Positions 57,506-64,000 of a DNA stretch of 64,000 bases are shown piece after piece. The DNA comes from Candidatus Bathyarchaeota archaeon. Lineage in GTDB: Archaea; Thermoproteota; Bathyarchaeia; Bathyarchaeales; Bathycorpusculaceae. The translations under genes and the position numbers were made by a program. The DNA lies in contig CAVZIW010000003.1 in the NCBI GenBank assembly GCA_963775465.1, positions 96,001 through 160,000 of the forward strand, given 5' to 3'. Positions within the stretch are counted from its first letter, which is position 1. Every line of letters begins with the position of its first letter. Below the pieces are notes generated by a model. It searched no databases. It saw nothing but the letters and a program-made list of their open reading frames with translations, and was not told the origin of the DNA.

Positions 57506-58588
57506 TTACGTTAGAACCATATGTCTATTTCGATAATTGATTTCTACAACGCGATCTTTGTTTGTAACTCTGCCTATTTGTTCAGGATTCACATCGCATT
57601 GTTCAAGCACACTTATCGCTTGATCGATATCCGTTTTGTCCACAATTATTCCAAATCCCCATCCCATGTTAAATGTTTTAAACATCTCCTCATCCGTTAT
57701 TGTGTATCCCAGTTCGGCGGCTGTTTTCTGGATTAAGTTAAAGACAGGTTGCGGCTTAAAGTTGTCAAATTTGAAACCTATTTGGGGTGAATAGTTGGCT
57801 AAGTTATTAAATTTGGTAAATGCATCTCCCGTTATGTGCACGGCGGCTTTGACTTTTACTTGACGAACAAGTTTGAGAATTGGTTTAACATAAATTTTGG
57901 TTGGCTCCAAAACTTCAAGCGCAACTTCTCTATTCAAGCCCTCTGGGACGTCGTCTGGTGAATATTTTCCACCCCACTGTTTGAAGAGTATCTTTCGCAC
58001 CAGCGTAATACCGTTGCTGTGAACGCCACTGCTGGATAGCCCAATTATTGGATCATCTGGCTCTATGTTCTCTCCTGTTATGATTTCTTGGCGTTCCACT
58101 TTGCCCACGGAAGCCACAACCATATCAAATCCAGCATTTTGTGTAATGCCCTTTATGATTTCCGCTACGTCGCCTGTTTCTCCTCCTGTGACTGGGCACT
58201 CAGATAGATGAGCGCCTTCAATGATGCCTTTTAACCATGCATTTACTAATTTGGGTTCGCTGGCTTGCGCATGAATATTGTCGGCAATTGCTAAAGGTTT
58301 AGCGCCCGAACGGATGACATCATTGACTGCCATGGCAACTGCGTCAATTCCTATGGTGTCGTATTTCTGGGCTAATTCAGCGATTAGAACCTTTGTGCCA
58401 ACACCCTCAATTACAAGGTCCAAAAATGTGTTTTCGCCTACTGCAAAGATGTTGCCGTAAGGTAGATGAAGTACTCCGTCAAATTGGCTATGTCTGTATG
58501 TTTCCTGTAGGTTTTTCAGGTTTTTTTTGGATTCGACGCGTTGTTTACGGTTCACGCCTGCATCGTCATAGGTGTAGTTTTTGGACAT
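57506..58588 (-). CDS. purM: AIR synthetase
   Basis: YDDAGV, EGVGTK, IGIDAVAMAVND, GGET, SSGVHSNG, HITG, TFNMG. Confidence 0.94.
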   Translation of the reverse strand: MSKNYTYDDAGVNRKQRVESKKNLKNLQETYRHSQFDGVLHLPYGNIFAVGENTFLDLVIEGVGTKVLIAELAQKYDTIGIDAVAMAVNDVIRSGAKPLAIADNIHAQASEPKLVNAWLKGIIEGAHLSECPVTGGETGDVAEIIKGITQNAGFDMVVASVGKVERQEIITGENIEPDDPIIGLSSSGVHSNGITLVRKILFKQWGGKYSPDDVPEGLNREVALEVLEPTKIYVKPILKLVRQVKVKAAVHITGDAFTKFNNLANYSPQIGFKFDNFKPQPVFNLIQKTAAELGYTITDEEMFKTFNMGWGFGIIVDKTDIDQAISVLEQCDVNPEQIGRVTNKDRVVEINYRNRHMVLT

Positions 58589-58719
58589 AGACACTTCTCT
58601 CCTTGTACGCTAAATGTGTAGTTTGCTGTCTGATAATTATTTTGTTTGCCATACTCTCAAAATCGTTAATATCCTTCTTTGTCATGGTAAAGTTTTTCTG
58701 CTTATTGGGTATTTAGACC

Positions 58720-59559
58720 TTGATTATTGTGCAAGTACCCAAATACCATATCTACATAGAATACTCAGAGACCGAAAAGTCTGGAATTCGTTTCAACGTT
58801 TCCCACGAAGAGCTTCTTCGCGTCTTTGCAACACCGTTCGCTGTTGGTCAACCCTTCTGGTTTATGGGCAGACTCCTTAGTCCTATTAAAGTCATTAAAG
58901 CTGTCCTTTTCTGGTCCTATGAAACAGCCGACAAACTAACTCTCCCCAACCATGAAAGCCTCGTAGTCGTAAAAGACAAGAAATACCTCATCGAAAGCAT
59001 TCTTCAAAATAAAGTAAAAGGCGTCTACCCCTGCACTGAGGAATTTTTGCAGCCCGAAAAAATCCGGGTTCTCGCTCAACCAATTGTTGCATCTTCAAGG
59101 ATTGCACTTCAAAGAATTTTTGTTGTTTCTGGTTCTGATGATCATATGAAACAAGCCGTATTGGGGGCTTTGGCCAAACTCAAAATAGTGCCTGTGCTAA
59201 CTTGTGAAGAGCCAAGCCAAGGAAGAAAAATAGTGGACCGGTTCAATGACTATGAAGATATGGCTTTCGCGGTGGTTTTGCTATCCCCTGATGATTTTGT
59301 CTATTGCAGAAATGAGACAACTACGCAACGCAAACTCAAACCACAGCAGAATGTGGTTTTCCAGCTCGGTTTCCTTCTAGGCAAGCTTGGCAAAAGCAAT
59401 GTTTTTGTTTTGTTAAGGGAATGCGAAAACTTTCAAGTCCCTGATTTCGAAGGTTTAAAAACTGTAGCCTTCGATGATCGAGGCAGTTGGAAACTTACCC
59501 TCATTCGAGAATTATCTAGTCACGGATTTAGAATCGAAGCCGCCAGAATCGTAAAGTAG
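58720..59559 (+). CDS. Protein with C-terminal TIR-like nucleotide-binding domain (Cap12/Pycsar-type TIR), apparently degenerate
   Basis: IFVVSGSD, FAVVLLSPDD, QNVVFQLGFLLGKL, W...L.REL. Confidence 0.78.
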   Translation: MIIVQVPKYHIYIEYSETEKSGIRFNVSHEELLRVFATPFAVGQPFWFMGRLLSPIKVIKAVLFWSYETADKLTLPNHESLVVVKDKKYLIESILQNKVKGVYPCTEEFLQPEKIRVLAQPIVASSRIALQRIFVVSGSDDHMKQAVLGALAKLKIVPVLTCEEPSQGRKIVDRFNDYEDMAFAVVLLSPDDFVYCRNETTTQRKLKPQQNVVFQLGFLLGKLGKSNVFVLLRECENFQVPDFEGLKTVAFDDRGSWKLTLIRELSSHGFRIEAARIVK

Positions 59560-59640
59560 CTTAATAGAAGTTTTGATAGCAAAGTTTCTATATGAAATGA
59601 GCTACCCTATCAATTAACTACTCCATAAGAGGGAACATTT

Positions 59641-59713
59641 GCGGTTGTAGTCTAGCTCGGTAGGACATCAGCTTCCCAAGCTGAGTACCCGGGTTCAAAT
59701 CCCGGCAACCGCA
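59641..59713 (+). tRNA. tRNA-Gly(CCC), intronless, CCA not encoded
   Basis: GCGGTTG/CAACCGC acceptor stem, TCAGC-TTCCCAA-GCTGA anticodon arm, CCGGG-TTCAAAT-CCCGG T arm. Confidence 0.95.
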
Positions 59714-59718
59714 CTCTC

Positions 59719-61506
59719 TCATTGGGCTGTTTCTTCTTCGAGTCGAGAGTTAATTTCAATTCTATAAACTCTCCAAACATCTTCTCGGGTAACTATACCG
59801 ATCAACTGTTTCTTGTTGGCTGTCTTAACAACTGGTAATCTTCCGATCTGATTGCCTGTCAATTTACCAAGAACATTAGCCAAATTTTCGCTTGGAATTG
59901 TTACAATTACGTCTTTTGTCATTACGGATGAAACTGATTTCTTATTTCTGTTGTCTGGATGCATCTCCAGAATGTCTGTAACTGTTAGAATACCTACAAG
60001 TTCGTTGTGACGATTTGTCACAGGGAGCCCTCGAATTCCCTGCTTTTTCATAATCTCTGCTGCTTCTGAAACCAGCATATCAGGATTAGCTGTGACTACG
60101 TAATTGCTCATCGCGTCTTTTACCAAAAGTTTCTCAAGCAATGAAAAAGAATATTCTCCCCTGTGAGCGGGTGATTCAGCTCTTGTCGGAACTTGACTTC
60201 TGTAAATTGTTATCTTGCCAGCCATAACATAAGCAATTGATGTTGCTATCATCGACGGAACCAAAAGTGTATATGAACCTGTCATTTCACTTGCCATCAA
60301 AATTACCGCTATGGGAACTTTTCCTACGCCCCCGAAGAAGGCCATCATACCAACAATAACGAAAACAGCTATACTTGGTTGAAAGTTAGGAATTAGAACA
60401 TTCAAGATACCCCACAATATGGCTCCAAGCATACCCCCTATTATTAAAGCTGGACCGAAAACTCCACCACTTCCTCCAGACCCAATCGTAAGGGACGTTG
60501 CAAGAATTTTCAGCACGATGATTATCGGCAAAAACACTAAAGGCAAAAGAGTGAAGTCACCATTCATTATGAGCTGAAGCCAGCCGTATCCTACACCTAA
60601 AATTTGAGGGAAAAAAACGCCGATAACTCCAACTATAAATCCTCCTATTGCCGGCTTAAAATAATTCGGAACCTTAAGGCGTTGGAAAGCTTCTTTAACT
60701 CCGTAAAAACTCATAACGTAAGCTATTCCAAGAAGCCCACAAGCTAAGCCCAATAACGCATAAAATGGTAAGTCTAAGGGATTTTGAAAAGCGCCTAAAT
60801 TTACTAACCCAAAAACAGGTGTCCATCCATTGATAAATCCAAAAATACTGTAGCCAATCGTTGAGGCAATGAACGCTGGAAGCAAAGCATCTACTTCGAA
60901 ATCACCCATGTATAGAATTTCAGCCGCCAAAATTGCACCGCCAAAGGGCGCTTTGAAGATTGCTCCTATGCCGGCGCCGATGCCTACTGCTAGTGCGATA
61001 CGGCGGTCATGCAAGTTTAAGTGAAGTCTTTTTCCTATGAATGATCCGAATCCTGCGCCTATCTGCGCAGTGGGGCCTTCTCTTCCTGCGCTACCTCCTG
61101 ACCCAATTGTTATGGCAGACGCCAATGTTTTGACTAATGGAATTCTTGCTCGAATGTTTCCTTTTTTGTTATGAAAAGCGTCTATAGCGGCGTCTGTTCC
61201 ATGTCCTTCAGCTTCTGGGGCTAAGCCAAAGACTAACATGCCGCTAAAGAGTCCGCCCAACGTTGTTACGAGTACAAGAAGATATGGGTTAAATGTTAGT
61301 GACGGCAGTAATCCTCCTTCTCCTAAAGGTGTAGGAGCTTGGAAACCTGCTATACTGTTTAGAAATAGACTGTTGAAGAAGGCGATTGCATCATCAAATA
61401 GTATAGCACCTAAACCGCTAACTACGCCTATCAAAATTGCTATTGGAATCCATTTTCTTAGGTACCGGAGCTCTCCTGAAAAAACAATAGTCTTTCCTAT
61501 ATCCAC
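59719..61506 (-). CDS. ClC chloride channel/antiporter with two CBS domains
   Basis: GHGTD, GSAGREGP, GGSGGVFGP, C-terminal CBS pair. Confidence 0.93.
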   Translation of the reverse strand: MDIGKTIVFSGELRYLRKWIPIAILIGVVSGLGAILFDDAIAFFNSLFLNSIAGFQAPTPLGEGGLLPSLTFNPYLLVLVTTLGGLFSGMLVFGLAPEAEGHGTDAAIDAFHNKKGNIRARIPLVKTLASAITIGSGGSAGREGPTAQIGAGFGSFIGKRLHLNLHDRRIALAVGIGAGIGAIFKAPFGGAILAAEILYMGDFEVDALLPAFIASTIGYSIFGFINGWTPVFGLVNLGAFQNPLDLPFYALLGLACGLLGIAYVMSFYGVKEAFQRLKVPNYFKPAIGGFIVGVIGVFFPQILGVGYGWLQLIMNGDFTLLPLVFLPIIIVLKILATSLTIGSGGSGGVFGPALIIGGMLGAILWGILNVLIPNFQPSIAVFVIVGMMAFFGGVGKVPIAVILMASEMTGSYTLLVPSMIATSIAYVMAGKITIYRSQVPTRAESPAHRGEYSFSLLEKLLVKDAMSNYVVTANPDMLVSEAAEIMKKQGIRGLPVTNRHNELVGILTVTDILEMHPDNRNKKSVSSVMTKDVIVTIPSENLANVLGKLTGNQIGRLPVVKTANKKQLIGIVTREDVWRVYRIEINSRLEEETAQ

Positions 61507-61786
61507 TTCTAATTCAAGGTCCTTTCGCTTTTTTGATCGTTGAAAACATTTAGTTTATTAGATTTATAAGTTAAATCTCGATTAGTTTTCAGGTGAATAT
61601 TTGGAGCAAAGACACATTCATGGCTTCTCATAAAGTTTCTCAAGCATTTAGCGTAAAATTAATCTTTCGCAATAAACTAAAAAGTCTGAAGCATCCCAAC
61701 ATTTAACCGAAGCTTTTAATGCCTTCATGTATTTTAGTAAAGACCTCCAAAAGAGAAAAATGGCTAACTATCAAATAATTTAGTGG

Positions 61787-62026
61787 GTGATAGTTGTTCT
61801 TTCCGTTTATCTTATAGTTTCAGTTCCAGCTTACTCAAATTTTTTCACGTGTCCTAATTGTGGGTCACATTTGAATTTTCTTTACAAATACTGCAATTCA
61901 TGTGGCATGATCCTGATTCAAACAACAGTTCTAAAAATATGTTTCAATTGCAAGAACCGAATCGAAGAAAAAGTCAGATTTTGCCCTGAGTGCGGTCATA
62001 AGCAGGATTTAAACATAAAAAGCTGA
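61787..62026 (+). CDS. Double zinc-ribbon protein
   Basis: CPNCG...CNSCG...CFNC...CPECG; start uncertain. Confidence 0.7.
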   Translation: MIVVLSVYLIVSVPAYSNFFTCPNCGSHLNFLYKYCNSCGMILIQTTVLKICFNCKNRIEEKVRFCPECGHKQDLNIKS

Positions 62027-62043
62027 CACTTCTGGATAAACCA

Positions 62044-64000
62044 CTAGTTGATGACTTTGAATATGACATATCGGTCGTTTGAGTAAATCAATTCAAGGAT
62101 TTTACTGTGGATCATTTGAATATCGAGTTGGTTTCGATCGTAGACGATAAACCCGATGTTGTTATTCTTTATGTAATCGGTAAAGTCTCGGGCGGCAACT
62201 GTAAATTCGGCTATCTTGAGGTCAAATAATCCCTGCAAATTGTCAGCTTTTAGTGTTGGGTAACTGTTTTGTGACATCGCTAAGGTCTGGTACGAACGGG
62301 AAACTGTTTGGTTTACGTTTAAGTTGCTGAATTGGTATTGAAATCGTACAGCATCTATTTGTCGGTTGCCTAAAACGCCGATGTTTCCCCAATCTGGGGG
62401 ATCATTAAACTTGAACGCGAAAGCCACATTATCGTTTGTGTCGTACAAACCAATGTAGTTGTCTTTTAGTTCTGACCTGGAAAAGTTGACTACTGCCCAA
62501 TCGCTTCCATGAACACTTTTTATGGAGTCAGGTGCATCCCAAGGATTTGTCCAATTCAGCAACTGAGGTATCTCTGCCTCATCGAAGTGGTACTTCAAGT
62601 CAAAAAACGTGCTCAAATACAAGATTACATTGTGTATTTCGCTTTTAAGTGGCGTTAATTTCCAATAAACGCCTATTGAATAGCTATTGTTTTCTGCTCT
62701 TATGGTTTTTGTTAGGGCAATATAGTCATTTGAGTATATGAAAACTATTTCTTTTGGATTGTTTTGATCTTCAAAAATGATTTGCTTGTTTAATTGAGAG
62801 AGAGTCAACTTGTATTCGATGCCGTCCGCTGTATAGTTGAGAAAATCACCAGCTCCCGAACAAAGTGAAATTCTATCCCAAACTTGATCTATGGGGATGA
62901 AAGTTTCTTCAGAAATATCTCCTTTCGCTTCATATGCTCTCAACATTGTCTGTGAGTTTTCAACTTCATAGGACAGACTAAGAACTGCCTCCGCGATTTC
63001 ATTTCTTTGAACAGTTGGGTCTGTTTGTGCAATCACGTTCTTGCCGGAGAATTCTTGGAACCAAAAACCAGGAATTTCTGTGGTAACTATTGTTGCGTTT
63101 TGGTCATAGTTAGCTTTAAGCCAAACCCCTGCATCGTAAGCTTTAACGTCAGTTGTTGCATAAAAAACGCTAGCTTCCATAATGTTGCCATAAACGACAT
63201 CTGAACGATAAACAAGCATCACAGCCAACAAAATAAGCATAGAAACAGTGGCGATTCTGACCCAACTCTTCCTAAATATTCGCTTGTTTTTACTGTAGAA
63301 TAGAAAGAATTTTCCAGATAGAAAAACTGCAAAGACAGCTGCTAGAACCGCTAATGTGGGCGTCAAATAGTACATGAACCATTGAAAGGGCAGATACAAA
63401 CCGAAAAGCCACGATTCAGCGAAAAACAACGGAACAAATAAGCTCAGAAATATTGTTAAAAGAAAAATTGGTTTCTTTTGCTTCCTTAGCAAATAGAACG
63501 AAATCGCAAGTCCGCCCAATGCAAAAAAGAAAATAAAACCGAAATTAATCATAAAAGCGTTAAAACTTGTGTACGGAATCTGGTATGCATAAGTTTTCAC
63601 CGCAAAAAACACATATTCTATAACAAGATCGAGGTATCCCCACATCGCTTGGAAATAATAGAGAAAGAAAGCTATGCCTCCACCTAAAATTAGAGCGAAT
63701 ACAACTTTGAGGTGTGCACCTTTTGACTTGATCAACATAAGAAGCAAAATTGGAGGCATAATAAAAACTGATAGAAATGCTGCTAGTTGATGTGAAAGCA
63801 CTAAAGCGAAAGCAGCAAAAAAGGCCACTGTAAGATACCCCAATCGTTCCGCTGCCAAAGGGGTGTAGAGGAATACTAAGAACATGAATGCTAGAGCCAG
63901 TACTGTGGTTGAACCGCCAAACTGGTTCATCTCATATACTGGAAAACACATTAATAAAAAAACAACCGCTACGGCTGCAACTCGTATATCAAAAAATCTT
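62044..64000 (-). CDS. Large polytopic membrane protein with extracellular C-terminal domain (GT-C glycosyltransferase-like), 5' end outside the window
   Basis: Frame open to the window end; many TM helices, LVLSHQL, AGVWLKANY, NNIGFIVYDR..., LIYSNDRYVIFKV. Confidence 0.65.
   Translation of the reverse strand, partial: RFFDIRVAAVAVVFLLMCFPVYEMNQFGGSTTVLALAFMFLVFLYTPLAAERLGYLTVAFFAAFALVLSHQLAAFLSVFIMPPILLLMLIKSKGAHLKVVFALILGGGIAFFLYYFQAMWGYLDLVIEYVFFAVKTYAYQIPYTSFNAFMINFGFIFFFALGGLAISFYLLRKQKKPIFLLTIFLSLFVPLFFAESWLFGLYLPFQWFMYYLTPTLAVLAAVFAVFLSGKFFLFYSKNKRIFRKSWVRIATVSMLILLAVMLVYRSDVVYGNIMEASVFYATTDVKAYDAGVWLKANYDQNATIVTTEIPGFWFQEFSGKNVIAQTDPTVQRNEIAEAVLSLSYEVENSQTMLRAYEAKGDISEETFIPIDQVWDRISLCSGAGDFLNYTADGIEYKLTLSQLNKQIIFEDQNNPKEIVFIYSNDYIALTKTIRAENNSYSIGVYWKLTPLKSEIHNVILYLSTFFDLKYHFDEAEIPQLLNWTNPWDAPDSIKSVHGSDWAVVNFSRSELKDNYIGLYDTNDNVAFAFKFNDPPDWGNIGVLGNRQIDAVRFQYQFSNLNVNQTVSRSYQTLAMSQNSYPTLKADNLQGLFDLKIAEFTVAARDFTDYIKNNNIGFIVYDRNQLDIQMIHSKILELIYSNDRYVIFKVIN

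Noticed and set aside
58600-59720. Integrated element at tRNA-Gly (or at tRNA-Leu 25808-25895)
   Set aside because: No integrase and no duplicated tRNA 3' end seen in the window.
202-63204. Numerous 60-170 aa antisense or alternate-frame ORFs in the ORF track (e.g. 202-519, 9232-9702, 19780-20298, 44655-45128, 25776-25991)
   Set aside because: They overlap well-supported genes or a tRNA and have no recognisable motifs; treated as shadow ORFs.

Overview
A 64-kb chromosomal window from an anaerobic archaeon. The gene content and style (archaeal CODH/ACS cdhABCDE with two cooC, mer and F420 genes, paralogous secreted PQQ-like beta-propeller proteins, double-domain Lrp regulators, frequent TTG starts) suggest Bathyarchaeia; this assignment is inferred. 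It carries replication, translation and tRNA-modification genes (rfcL/rfcS, translin, tyw1, Trm5-family, trm112, rpoP, argS, two deoxyhypusine-synthase-family genes), a sugar-nucleotide cluster, guaA, bacterial-type cysE-cysK, an F420/Wood-Ljungdahl block, a de novo purine block, two intronless tRNAs (Leu-GAG, Gly-CCC), a TIR-like protein, a ClC channel and a partial membrane protein. No CRISPR array, rRNA, integrase or transposase was seen. The top observation is that the purine block has purF, purD, purQ/L/S and purM but no purN/purT. In that gap, translationally coupled to purD, sit a HAD hydrolase (EhaR-like), a divergent Ftr-like formyltransferase and a PfkB kinase, which together are a candidate methanopterin/methanofuran-linked route for GAR formylation. 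Other observations: three genes with no canonical start codon (purF, cdhD, an Lrp gene), a CUU-AGA +1 frameshift in cofE, a 116-bp perfect repeat shared by two diverged surface-protein paralogs, and two apparent pseudoenzymes (WecC-like, TIR-like).
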